This document shows, one piece after another, positions 26,973 through 39,720 of a stretch of DNA of 64,000 nucleotides. Where the stretch lies: NCBI GenBank assembly GCA_964187785.1, contig OZ076413.1, positions 42,410,001 to 42,474,000 on the forward strand, read 5' to 3'. The DNA comes from Amphiscolops sp. MND2022 (Eukaryota). Position numbers and translations under genes: made by a program. Numbering within the stretch: position 1 is the first letter of the stretch; each line of letters begins with the position of its first letter. Under the pieces are notes generated by a model. That model saw only the letters and a program-made list of their open reading frames with translations, had not been told where the DNA came from and did not search any database.

Positions 26973-27157
26973 TATTGTAATCTGCTTGCATAGCTGATAT
27001 AAAAACGATATTTAAAATAACAATGTTTTCTTTAACTCAAAGCGTATCATAATGATAGTGAGCTATTTTTATGTACCTAAATACTTGTTAGTCAACATGA
27101 ACTAGATGTGACAACGGATTGTTTATCAACAGTTTTAATGATGTCTGTTGCTCTTCG
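26973..27157 (-). repeat. Gypsy 5' LTR
   Basis: Direct repeat of 21096-21264, followed on the minus strand by the PBS. Confidence 0.9.
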
Positions 27158-28562
27158 CAGAGTTACTGTCATTGTTGAGCTCGTGAATCGTCATACTAGA
27201 TTTAGAATACATTTGCGTCATAGACACGTTCAGACAGTTTTAAGAAAGATGACCTAACCCTCCCAAGAACATCTCCTAACCCTTGGCATGCTAATACTAT
27301 TTGATCTCGCAGTGGATTCTTCCAGAGTTGAGCCTTCACGCAAGCCGTATTACGATTGCTAGTATCCCTAAATCTTACCTATGATCGTGTAAAAGTTCGT
27401 AATACGATTTGTGTGCTGGCATACTATGAACGTACTACGAAACGCATGGTAGAGTTCGTATACACTGTCCGCAACGCACGGTAGCAACTTCATTAAAAAT
27501 TTCCTGCAATTTCAAGTCTTGTTCAGACCTCTACACCATTCAAATAGAAAAGGTTTTCTCACACCAAGGAGGTCAAACGCACAGGTCAAAGCAATAAATT
27601 TTAAAAATGTTGTCAACCATAGTAAATTATTGCAAATGACAGGGTCGTATTCGCAATTACCAAATTTTGAATTAAAAATTTTGGATGAATTCGCTTCTTT
27701 TCGACAAGTTACCATTATAAAATGTTCTACTAATATTATGCCCAGACTCAATAAAATCACTCCTTCGAAAAAGAAGGCCTATGTAAAAATTACTGAAAGG
27801 AATACATGAGCCACTCTTCGATATTTATCGCAGTACGGGGGCATGATTGATACGATTTTGTTACAGTCTCATTTCTATAGGTGAGGTGATGTTGTGAGGG
27901 TCAAAAAAGGTTACTATTTTTCTGTAATCTATAAGAGTACACTCTATTATCACTTTTTTGGTTTTTACACCACAGGTTGCAATATAATCATCAAGTGTGA
28001 GTTAGAACATGCAAATATAAGCTTTTCTCTGCCTGCTCTAGAATCGATAAATTGATCAACTTTTATTCAAAATCTACCTCTAAACATGCTAATTGCTCAA
28101 CACCATTTGAGAAACGAACTTATTCATCAAAATAAGGGGATTTATAGCCATATTTGAAGAAAAATACTGGGTTCAGGAAAACTATCATTTATTAAGCATT
28201 GTTTGCAACTTTCAGTTTGTTTCTCGAAACGTAATTTTGCTAAATCTACATTTCGCATTTCTCATCTTGTATCAAGTTACCCATATCGAAGATGTCATAT
28301 TATGGCCAAAAAAATTGCGGGCCTTAATTTTTAATTTCTGCGATTTGTTTATCAAGAGTTGTATAATTTTTGCCTGTATGTCTGTCCTGCTCAACCACAT
28401 GATTGGATCTAACGACTGAAATCTTCAGACGTCACAAACTCAGAAGAACTTTATTTTATCCAAAACATGTACATGAAGCTATTAAATGAGAAAGGACGAC
28501 CAGCATAACTAGTCGTCCAGTATCTTAAACTATTCATGCAATTTAAATCAGTACACATTCTC

Positions 28563-31530
28563 TGTCGAAAAGCATCGATATTTTTTTCTATAATTGCACC
28601 GATTCTTCGAATTCAGTAACACTTCACAGTCATCATTTGGAAGTATTTGGGATCTAGGTCGTGCTAGTGGTCGTCCGCCATATCAGAAGCATCGTTATAT
28701 AATTCGAAACTTGAAGAGCAGAAGATTTCAAAAGATGGAGATAATTTGATTTGATCCAATATACCGCAACAATGATGATGAGTCATAGATTACATCAGAA
28801 TATTGATGAATCAACTTAAGAATTTTTATATCTTTGGTTTTGGTGGGAAATGAGTTTCGATACCCCTCCTCAATTCTTGACGCAAAGGACAACTTTGACA
28901 CGAATTGTTTGAATTTTAGCACATTCAAGACTCCGGTGAACACGTCGGCTATATTTGAATTCGTATCCACAAAGAGAAGTTCTGCAGAACCATCCTCGAA
29001 AAACTGTCTGCAGAATTGATACTTCAAGTCGATGTGTTTTGAAAGTCTGGGAACTTATTGGATTTCGTATCAATGCCATTGCAGACTGACTATCTGTGTC
29101 AACTGAAACATTATCGACGTTTAATTGAATACTGGTGAGAATATTTTGGACAAACTTGATTTCTTGAGCCAATAATGTCAATGCTATGTATTCAGCTTCA
29201 CACGTTGAAAGTGAAATCAAGGACTGTTTCGAAGATCGCCAAATTACTGGCGAATCATTTCCGTTTAGTTTAATTAGGACTCCTGGAATTGATTTTCGAC
29301 CCTTTTGAGTTCCCCAATCGGCATCTGAGTAACAGGAGAGATTGTTTTTGCCGGAACTATCTTGGAAAACTTCAAGCTGAAATATACAGTTCCTTTGAGG
29401 TAACGCAAAATTATTTTAGCGGCAACAAAGTGTGTTTCTTTTAAACATTTATTGAATTCAGCTAGTCTGTTGATGGCAAAAGCTATATCAGGTCGTGTTA
29501 AAACAGACAAGTAAAGCAACGAACCAGTTGATTTTTCGTACGAATTTTCAACAAATGGTTTTGAATTTTCATCGAATTGCACGTTCGAATCTTTCATTTG
29601 GATTTGCATTACCAAAAAGTTATTAACAGCTGCTTTATCATCTTTTTGCACAAACATTGCGATTGAACTCTTGATCTCCGATGCTTCATAGTCTTCATTA
29701 CTAAAAATGAGTATATCATCAACCCAAGATATTTATTTCTTTTACCAATTCGTCGGACAAAAAGACAAGGATCCTGTTCAGATTTTTGAACTTGAGTTGT
29801 TTCGTTAAAATGTCCGCTAAATGTGTATACCATGCGCGACTTGCTTGTTTAAGGCCATACAAACATTTTTTCAATTTCCAGAATTTGTCTTCATACCCCT
29901 CCTGAATGTAGCCGGGAGGTTGTTCCAGATAGATGTTTTGAATTTGAACCATCTGGTAATCGTTTTGTAACAAAGATCCATTTGCCCGTTATTGAAGGAA
30001 AATCTTTTAATTTATCTACCATGTCATAACCACCATGTTTTTTAAGTGAATCTAATTCGGAATTTATTGCTTGTTTCGAACTTCCACAGTTCATTAAATT
30101 CATCGCATCCGAATAAGTCAAGGGATCTTTTTCACTGAGAAGAAAACGTGAAATCTGTTTTTTTTTCTGTTGGTCAGGAAACTGATTTGGATTGCCTTAA
30201 TGTCCCTTTTTTCTAACATGTTTTTATTTCAGGAGATGTCATTTGGTTGACAAGATTTTCATTATCAGTGAGAGAGGGTAAGAGAAGCGATTGTGTACTT
30301 TCGGTATGTGTTGATTCATCCACAATTGCTGTAGAATTAGGTAAAACACCAGGATCATTAGTACCATCTTGACTGTTGACTGTTTGAATTTTAGTATTCT
30401 GGTTATTCACTACAGGCTGAAAGGCAAGTTACAACTCGAATGTTTTGACACCGAGTAAAAAAATTGTTGTTCGTCAAATTTGACATTACGACTACAGACG
30501 AACAGCTTTTTCATTGAATGCAGAATATAACTCTCACTTTCCCAGTCACATCCACAGAATATGATCTTTTCTGCTTTTGGGTCAAGTTTACATTGATTAG
30601 TAATAGTTTTGTTATAAGCAAGGCAACCAAAACACCCTAAATGATATACAGTAGGTTTTTTGTCAAAGAACATTTCGTAAGGTGATTTGTCTGATTTGTT
30701 ACATTTTGTTAAACAATGATTTCGAATATAGCAAGCTCTGTCAGCAGCTCGAACCCAACAGTTGTCTTTGAGATTTGATTCTGAGAGAAAACATCTTGTC
30801 ATGTCACAAATGGTTTTGGAATGGACTGTAAGGAGAAAAAAATTCTTGTCGAATGCCTTCATTTATGCAAGTTTCACGAAATGCTTTACTGGTGTACTCA
30901 GTTCCATTATCAGAACGAGAATATTAGACATTTCTTTTGCCGGCGTAAGCAAGTTATTCTTTGAACTTTTCAGGGAGTTCTGATTTCTCTCTCATGAAAT
31001 ATAATCTTGCAAACTTTGTATGATCATCAATGAAAGACACCTCGTAACGTTGATTTTTCAAAGACTTTGGAAAAGGTCCACAAATATCGGAATGAGTTAG
31101 ATCAAACTTTTCCTTCGAAATATCACGTGATGCTTCTGGAATATTCTCAATTGTGTTTTTATTATGTGCACAAGGTTGACAAGGCTCCCTGTTCTCAATG
31201 CTGGAAGAAGTTTCGAGACCATAGACAGAATTGTCGTTTTCATTTTTCTTAACACGTCATTTGAGGCATGTCCAAAACGCGAGTGCCACAACGTATAACT
31301 GTAAAAAACTTTCAATTCAGATTGAGCTAAAATGAGGTATTATAAGTCGCCATCACAAAACAGCACAATTTTTTCTTTGTTTCCACTAATGAAATAACTT
31401 TCTTTTGAAATAAAGTGGAATGAATTGTTCTTCTCAAACGATTTCTTCATTGACAGTAGGGTGAATTTATACTCCGGAACATAAAGAGCTTGCTCAAAAT
31501 TCATTACCACATTTTACCATTGGCCTCTAC
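28563..31530 (-). mobile_element. Copia/Ty1 LTR retrotransposon, 5'-truncated and decayed
   Basis: Protease tail ALYVPEY (~31470), GAG-pre-integrase LWHSRFGH, integrase SPYEMFF...FGCLAY...KLDPKA, RT LKKCLYGLKQASRAWY and GSLLYL..TRPDIAFA, RNase H STCEAEYIAL...ADVFT. PPT GAGGAGGGG (28863-28871) precedes a ~300-bp 3' LTR (28563-28862). No 5' LTR seen. Confidence 0.92.
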
Positions 31531-31632
31531 GACATCTCTCTTCGCTGAACTCGTTTCTGATTTTTTTCTACAGTCAACTAAATACAACAATATCTCAAAA
31601 CAATAAACTCACTTCTACTCCATTCAATTCTT

Positions 31633-32003
31633 AACAAGCCGGGAACGGCCCAAGTAGGCGCCATTTCTAAGGCTCAAAAATAGCAAAAGGACCTCAAAGT
31701 GACAAGTAATCTCTTCTACAGTACCCGCATGAGGAAAAAATTTTAAAAACCCTGAAATTTTCTTTCGGACTTTTTTTTCATTTTTTTTCGGTCTCCGGTA
31801 AGTCGCAAAGTGCCGAAAAATGTAAAAGGGGACTTCAAAAAAAGCCTTATTACCTTCTATTTCAAGTTTTTGTAGGAGTAGTGTGGCATTTAGTGTTAGT
31901 TCAAGTCAGCTTATAAAGCTTATAAAATATGTCACTTCGTTGGTCTTAAAAAGGAGGAAGTCACTATTATAGTCTGCGTTTTTCTACGAAAAGCGCCGAC
32001 TAA
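31633..32003 (+). mobile_element. Helentron/DINE-like non-autonomous repeat copy
   Basis: Begins AACAAGCCGGGAACGGCCCAAG... and ends with hairpin ATAGTC...AAGCGCCGACTAA, the same ends as 53475-54507 and (inverted) 41575-42195. Confidence 0.6.
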
Positions 32004-32009
32004 CAAACT

Positions 32010-32346
32010 AAACAATTCTCTCAAAATAGTAAAAACCAGAGCTCAAACTTCGCAAAACAATCAGAATAGAGGAGACGAATAAACGATTATGGCGACAATT
32101 CTAGCGATGTAAGTTTGCCAGAGTTTAGGACTCGCACCTTCGAAATGGAAAATATTACCAATAATCATGGGGAACAAGAAAGTGATCATGAACGTATACG
32201 AATCGAACGTAGATTCAACGAAATGAATAGACAAATTGGAGAGTTAAGTTTGCTAGTTCGAACCTTAACTGAAAAGATATCCTCGGGTAACCGGGAACAG
32301 AATGGCAACAACTGATTGCAAGATAGATCCCCAAGCCATTCTGACA
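32010..32346 (+). mobile_element. Possible LTR/gag 5' remnant
   Basis: Coiled-coil-like peptide HERIRIERRFNEMNRQIGELSLLVRTLTEK in a stop-disrupted frame, ending near ...TCTGACA. Gag-like by composition only. Confidence 0.35.
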
Positions 32347-33545
32347 TTGTCCTGTTGAATGGGAGATTACGTTACAAGCCATAGTTTATTTTAACTTTGT
32401 AGTAAGAGCGTGCTTGTCGTCGCGCACAAAAGTTACACCATTATACAGAACCCAAGACACCAGAAATTCATGAATTTGCTGGTCTCCAGAAACAACACAC
32501 AGAAATTTGAAATTGAAAGCCACATTCAAAAATGGTGAAATGGTCGCAGCAACAGAGATACACGATGTCCCTTCGAAGAAAACTTTAACTCTAACTCACT
32601 GCTATTCTTCAATTACATGATTCGTGATAAATTTGTGATGCTTTATATGTTTTTCGAAAACCTATCATGAATTTTGGACGTGATGTTTTGATAATCCACA
32701 ATCACCTCAAACAAATTACCCTCATTATGATACATATGCCGCAACAAACTAGTAAGATCTTGCTAGTTTGATTAACAGCCAATAAAAACGCGTTCGTATT
32801 TCAGATACGTGTTATGAGTTTTGCTCGTTACATTGTGTGATTTGGCGTTACGTGTAGTGATCAAAAGACAGTAATTGACTACTTTACACTCTCTACAACC
32901 ACCTACTTTGACTGGTTTCCACTTCACACACGAAGACGGCGTGATTTGTTTTGAGGGTATTCAGAATGAGCCTTCAAACTTTCATTTGTGTATGAAAAAT
33001 TTAGGATCCACAAACCTTTGCTTCCGACAAAAAATAGAAAATTCAGTAAAAGTTCTCAGGGCAACACAAGTATTTGTTCGAAAATTTTGCGCTGTCATTT
33101 GGCCCACCACGCAATATTGGAACGTTAGATCCGAAGTAAATTGCGTTTTGCCAAGCAGGAGGTGCGGGTTCGAATCTTATTTCTTTGGAGTTTAAAACTT
33201 TTACAATCACCTTTGAGCGGTCCGCGAAATTAGAGACTCTAACTTTTGGGCTTTTCGACACTATGAGACTTTAACCGGGAAGAAAAAATTCAACATTTGT
33301 TTTCAAAATTTGGGTTTTTTGATGTTTCGAGTCAGCGAAAAAGTGGTTTCCACGTCTTATGTGTTTCCGTCGGGTATTTCTTGTCACTGTAAATTTGATG
33401 AAAATTTTCACAATAGAGTCCCTAATCATACATATAACACTTTACTTATTTGAACTTCAGCGGTGCGTCGATTTGAGCCGTTACTGGCTTTTTTTCTCTA
33501 GAACAAGATTGGTGCTTGAGTAAACCTCTCAGTTTTCTTGTTCAG

Positions 33546-33754
33546 GTTTCTTTGGAGTCTTGACGCTAGTGGTGTCAATCTATTACTGCTTCAAAGTGTC
33601 GAGGTTGAGAAGTGACATACGAAAACGATACTCTATCCCAGGCACAGATTTCAAAGACTTCTGTGTTGTCTGTTGCTGCTCATTAGCGTGTGGGTTACAT
33701 AATTGCCAGATGTTCCAGGAAGTGGCTACGCGTGAAGGAATTATTTTGGTTTGA
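33546..33754 (+). CDS. PLAC8/cornifelin-family protein, exon 2
   Basis: Acceptor TTTTCTTGTTCAG| is phase 1 and compatible with exon 1. LRSDIRKRYSIPG...DFCVVCCC...CQMFQEV is the canonical PLAC8 C-terminal motif. Joined CDS is 164 aa. Confidence 0.85.
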
Positions 33755-34044
33755 GATGAAACATCATTTGCACGGAAGAGCAAAAAGATTCTCTAATGAC
33801 GATGATTTTGTATTTCTAGGGCATAAAATACTCAAATCTGGTGAACTTTTGGAAACTTTTGCAAATAATTTTCCTTGAGATAGAGTTTGTCCATTTCGGG
33901 TTTGTCGATTTATGAAGCTGAAGCAATATAGGAATTCGATAGTGCTCTAAACTTTTCTATGAAAAACAAATTTGGTTTCTAAAGAAAACCGGATTAACGG
34001 TGTGAGATTTTGTGAATTATTGATAGCAATAAAATAACTAATTC

Positions 34045-34399
34045 AAGGGATGGTCAACGGTTAATTACAATTAGTCCGCTGTGTTTTTTGCAATCAACCA
34101 AATATTCAATTTTTGCTATCTGAATTGGTCAATAGTTCGATTAATCGCAAATTATTTGGAATTAAAATCAACTCATTTTATTTATGATTTATAATTCGCC
34201 GCCATCTTGACAGTTTTTTGTGTGAATACAAAGCTTAGGCGTGAAATAATTCTGAAAATTCTCACGTTGAAATACAAATAATCCTCGATCAACCGAAATA
34301 TTTCGATCAAAAATGAGTCGGTCAAATTCCAACCCGATCGAATATTCGATTAGCGATTACTTTAAAATCGAGATACTGATTACTCCTTGAGCATCCCTG
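34045..34399. mobile_element. hAT-like MITE
   Basis: TIR AGGGATGGTCAA versus TTGAGCATCCCTG, with a degenerate 8-bp TSD ACTAATTC/ACTGAATC. Confidence 0.6.
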
Positions 34400-35186
34400 A
34401 CTGAATCTGATACCAAAATGAAGAGCTGAACAGAATTTGTTTGGTAAAGTTTTTTGCTGCCCTAATTGACAGTTCAGACATGAAAATCCTGGAAGGTGTG
34501 GTACATTTTTTGTTCGAAATCTTGAATTTTAATGGATTATTCTGCCATGTGCCTCGCAAGGTCTTTTTAACTTTTGTATTATCTTGGAAGAGCGATCGTG
34601 TCTGATCCTGAAGAATCTTGATTAATTTTGGTGCTTGTCTGGCCAAGTTTGTCCAAGAATATTCCAAGATATGTAAAACATTTTCTGACAATCAAGATAA
34701 TTTCATAATTTCGTTGTCTGTGAAGACGTGAAATAAAAGAGCAGAAATGCCTGACCCGTAGACTAGGGTATCAATACTGCGTGTTATTTCTGGATGCTGT
34801 TTTCACATACTAATTTACCTTCATTTTTAAGCCATTTCACTCCGAAGCAAAACTATGAGGAAAACAGTGATCATATCCGGCAAAGGTTTCAACAACAAGG
34901 ATTCGCTAACAAACTGGTCAAATTGTAAAAGTTGCCAGAACTATTTACAAAATGTGTCAGCTTGTTTCTTCAACAAAACTAGAATGTTCAGAATCGTCGC
35001 CCTGCTCAAGGCTCGAAACGCTCAGCCGTTTAAAATTGTGAAACACCTAAGTTGAATTTCAGAGAGAAAAGAAGTTTTTGAATAACTAGCCAGAGCTGGG
35101 ACGAACACAAAAACAACTACAAAAAGTATCTTAAAAAGGAAGTAAGAAGAAGAGAAAAGAAACATAATTACATGTATATTGGTTTA

Positions 35187-36060
35187 TGTAGGATTTTTGA
35201 CGTTTCGCTCATGTTAAGATATTTATTAAATTTTATTTCATCAGCAAGGCAGATTTTCCGGGTGTGATATCAAAAAAGTAAAGGATACAATAAGTACTTG
35301 AAGTACCTCGCACCTTTGTTCAATGTCAAAAATTTTTGACAACCAAAATTTTTTAGTCCCGTTGACAACCAAAATAACTATTCTTAGCTGCTATGAAGCG
35401 GCCGCTCAACGTATTAGGGCAGTAATGCTGCCACCACCACCACCGCCTAAACCTATGTAAGAAAATTCTAGTCGGACCGAAACTTTGACATCGAATTTCT
35501 CGATACCTACTGCGAATATAAGGATAATTAAACCACGTAAATGTCCTTTTTCGACCTGACTACGTGTTGCGTAAACTTGTAAGAACTTTTGAGGAAAAAG
35601 TTTCAACAGAAATGAACTAGAAGTCATTATTTACGGTGAACATAAATGTAGTCAAATTGCTATGTTAGTACATGTATTTGAGGGTAAGCGAGAGTGAAAC
35701 TTCGCTTTGTGTGCTTTGGGCATATGAATAAAACTACCAAAGCATGTCAGAAAGCGAAAGGAATTAAGTCGAGAACGTGCTGTGAGTGACTGTACGCGTA
35801 ACTAATAAGAAAACAGCCTCCACACACTTTGAATTAACCCCCCCCCCTCTTAATTGAAATTAAAAATCAAAAAACAATTTCTCGCAGATGGAAAAATATA
35901 TCAACAAACTGTTTTCAGAATTCAACAGCCCGTCTAAAGAAAAACTTAAGTTGAAAATATGATCTTTGTGCAACAAAGGGAACATATTGGGGGGAATCTT
36001 TGAAGATAAGTTCCTATAAAATTTCAACGAATTTGCAAACATGAGTTACTTTTAAAAGAT
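35187..36060 (+). repeat. Dispersed ~850-bp repeat, copy 2
   Basis: Collinear with 5237-6090. Confidence 0.8.
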
Positions 36061-37189
36061 TCGTGTGATCGCTTCAGTTGTCAGAAAATGTTTGGATATG
36101 GCCCAAAGTAAATATAAATGGAAGTCATAACTTGTGTTGACTGGAAACGTAATAATTTTCAGTAGTTTTCAAGAATTGACTCAGCAAACCTTGAAAAAGG
36201 CCCTCAAGTGGCCTATGGAGCTGTTTTCACGTGTTATTGCTTAGTACTCAACGTATAAGCGTGCAGTACAGTAGCCGTCCCCTTTGCAGCGTACTTGGAA
36301 ACTGAAGTGCATAAGTGAATGAAGTAGTAAATAGAGTGCTGCGGCGCGCTAGCGAGAAACCCCCAATTTTTGAAAGTTGAGAATTCTCTTTGCCAGTAGT
36401 GAAATCGACTTACCAAATTGCGAACCCTCCGTCGCACGTTTTATGCGATATCGAGCTAAACTTTCAGGGTAGACGCACAAGATTCCGGCGCAGTACGTTT
36501 AGCGGGAGCGGTTTTCCGAAAAATGACCTGGTTTCGAGATATTGACCTCTAAAGTTGGACGTCATGTCATCAAAAATCGAAAAATGGCCCTTTTTAGTAA
36601 ACGCGCCATCAAATTATGTTGAAACAAGCTAGAGACATCGTCTGAAGCGCAAAAAACTCCTAATGACTTGAGCTAGCGATGTATATAGGCCCCGACTTTG
36701 TACCTTTCAAACTGAGAGAGTACGAGCTCTCCAAAGTTGAGATTTGTGCAAATGTTATGTGTTTTTTGACTACCAATATTAGTGGCGTTTTTCTTTATGA
36801 AGGAGTTCAAATAGAAAGTTGACCATGAAGTAGGCTTTTGTAGGCTTTCAATTTTACCTTCCAATTGTGTAATTGTTTCTAGCCCTCCGTGATCGGAACA
36901 TCTACTTCTTGCCCTTCAAATGTGAAACACGAAAATTGACTTTTCGAGATATGAGTAAAAATCGCCTTCTAGGTCATTGTAAGTTGTTAGGAATTATTTC
37001 CTTCAGCCAAATGTTACCAAAAAAGAGTTGTCAGAAACCGCGTGGGAAAAAGCGACCTGACAAAAAAAGCAAATGTCAATCAGTAAGCCGAAGTTAAAGT
37101 CGTGCTTACAAAAGTGGGAAAAATTGAGTCATTGAAACCTCCCCCTAAATTTTATTGAAAACCAAATAAAACCACTAGTCATGAAGTCA

Positions 37190-37960
37190 TGATTGACAAG
37201 AAGGTGGAATCAGGACTGTCTCGTGCTGAGAAAAAGTACTTCTGATGTATCTTTAGTACCGACGTGGGACTCCAAGATCTCCGTTGTGGCATCCGTTCTC
37301 AAACTCGTAACTACGCGTGAGGTGGACTCCAAGACTGCTAGTAGGCTCCATCAAATCTCTTAACAGTGCGTGACGTGGGACTCCAAGATGGCCGCTAGCA
37401 TCTATACATATCAGCAATCCAATTGAAGTGAGGTGGACTCCGAAACTTTTGTTGCACTACAGTTGCCTTCACTCCAAGACCGATAGAGAAGAGTTGCGGA
37501 GAGTTATTTCATATGATATTTTACTTATATCACATCCTATCCTTATGGTTAGTCAAATCAACCTTGCAGAAACCCTTGGTTTTTGATTTTTTGTGTTATA
37601 TGCCATTCAATATTATCCGTATAATCCTCAAGTTTTATTCCTGTATTTATTCTATTATTCGTGGTTGTGAAAATGTGTTTGTGTCTATTATTAGCCTTAT
37701 TTATTTCATGTGTATTATTTGACTTTCAAAGTGCTCTTTTCAATCCCTAATGTACTTAAAACAGCTGTAGAATGGCGAGACAAACTCCTCGAAAGAAGGC
37801 AATGTTGCAAAGTTGTAAAGATCGTGATTTCCTTGTCACACTTACCCCCACCGTCTTGTTTAAGTTGATTAGTCTCTTCTTCGGAGTTAATAAAAACTTG
37901 TGTAGATACTCAGCCAGTTCTTGTCTCGTGCATGGTACCCACGGGTTTAATTGAGTTGTA
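37190..37960 (-). mobile_element. 3' LTR (37190-37840) with PPT and short pol tail, possibly BEL/Pao
   Basis: On the minus strand, GGTGGGGGTAAG is followed by TGTGACAAG at 37840. Inverted TGACAAG at 37194 and an AATAAA inside. The superfamily call is weak. Confidence 0.45.
37201..37480 (+). repeat. Short repeat / variable-spacer array (GTGA[C/G]GTGG[G]ACTCCAAGA), 4 clear and 2 degenerate copies
   Basis: GACTCC cores at 37268, 37325, 37379 and 37436 (spacing 57, 54, 57), with degenerate copies near 37207 and 37470. The intervening sequences differ from one another. Confidence 0.8.
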
Positions 37961-39533
37961 GTGAAGCTATTCTCATTAAATAGTTAAAGCTACTGGAATA
38001 ACTAAAAATCTTAGTTTATAAAACATTTCGAACATAACAAGAAAAAACTTTAGTATATCAGAGTACAACCGCTGAAATCCAACAAGATTTGCGACCTCAT
38101 TATCCATAATTGGTACGAATAAAGTTCAGGACACCAGTCTAAAACTACAGTTTATTGAATTTGACTTTAATCCACAAAATAGAGTGCCGTTAATTTAATT
38201 TTACTTGCGTTGATTTAATTGCGAAGCTGCCATAGGATTCTTTATCCATTGGAAAGGTAGATGAAATTGTGATGAGCCATGCAAACATCAGTGATATTAT
38301 ACCGGTGCGGTTAACAATTTCCAAGAAAAGTCTGACAATCAGATCATTTAAAAAACATCGTAAAACCCACACTCTCAAATCTCATATTTCGATGCCGAAG
38401 ACACCGCATGTATGACCCAGCAAAAAGACAACGAGCACTCTCTACTTGAGCCATTGGGAACCCGCTTTTTCCACGTTTGCTACTCGTTTATATCAGTTTT
38501 TTCAACTTCTTCTGAGGAAAGATTCAATTTTAATGATTTCAATGATTTACAAGGACTAGGTGGCGCTGAAAATCTCATTCGAAAAAAATACGGTTTTCTG
38601 TGTGAACGGGCTCAATAAGTCTAGTTTTTTTGAGCCTGTTCACCCCAGAAAGCGCAGCTTCTCGAACTACCTAGCTGATGGCAAAATCCGGTTGGTTTGC
38701 CAGGGTAATGGCGCATCTACCAAGAACTTCTTTTTAGAACCTTGTTTCTGCAGTTGTTATGTTACAGTTTGATCATCACAATCATAATTTTGTTTTGGTG
38801 CAATAATGTAGTTTTCAACAAAACACGTTTTTCTCGAAAACAATAAAGGAAGAACTAAGAGCCCAAATTTATACATCATCACCAGACCAGGGTGTTTTCA
38901 GGGTTTTTGTCTCTCATGTTTTCTTGTCCCTTCATTTTTCATTTACCCAACGCCAACGAATTAGGTTTTTTTGTGAACTAGGAAATCCGATTCTATCTTT
39001 TATCGCGAAAAATGTCAATCAGCAGATTAAAAACTATACCGTAGGCGTGTTAAGCACATATTGTACTGTACTACTTGGCTGTGAATGTGGAGCTAGTCTA
39101 ACAAGCAGACCAACCAATAAGAAGACCAACCAATAAGCAGACCAGTGAATTAATACATTGTCCCTGATCTTAATTTCAGCCGAATACAAGTACTTTAATT
39201 CTCTGTGAACACAATTTTGACCAATCAAATTAATCGTGTCTGCTCATTAGCACGAATAATACTTTTATGCTATTTGACTGGTCTGCTTGTTAGACGCACT
39301 CCGTGAATGTTTGGTGGTAGAGTTTTCTATGTTACTGTTTGGAGTCAAGATGTTCAGAGTGGCACTTCTTTCGAATTACATCTTAGTTATTCGTATAAAT
39401 TGTTTGAACTGTAGTGACCGAAACGCCCTGATTGGCAGCTTTGACTTTGCGCGTTGTAAACAATGTGTAATTATAGGACTCTGTTACTGAAATAAATTAG
39501 TTGTTTCAGTCTCACACTGTTCAGCGGAGTTAA

Positions 39534-39720
39534 CCCTAAATGAACAATGGTACGATTTCGTACCAATTAACTTCTGCAAATTTCTGAAGGCACCAGCTGA
39601 TTGAAGAAAATTGATTGACAGGAAAACAAATGAATATTAGCGATGTTTCCCAACGTAGCCAATTATAATGGTTATCAGTTTTAATCTAAGTTTGTCAAAA
39701 CTTTGATAGTTTGTCAAGGG
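39534..39720. mobile_element. piggyBac-like MITE (TTAA|CCCT...AGGG|TTAA)
   Basis: TTAA on both sides. The left ~70 bp is repeated at 40853-40920, also after TTAA. TIRs are weak. Confidence 0.5.

Larger units (their letters stand above)
21096..27157 (-). mobile_element. Gypsy/Ty3 LTR retrotransposon, full length but decayed
   Basis: Paired LTRs (21096-21264 and 26973-27157), PBS and PPT present. Domain order is gag, CCHC knuckle, protease, RT, RNase H, integrase. Near 4-bp TSD CAGG/CAGA. Confidence 0.95.

Noticed and set aside
37201..37480. Bona fide CRISPR-Cas locus
   Set aside because: Eukaryotic context, no cas ORFs, short alternating repeats, and the array lies inside an LTR-like element. 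Kept only as a CRISPR-like finding.
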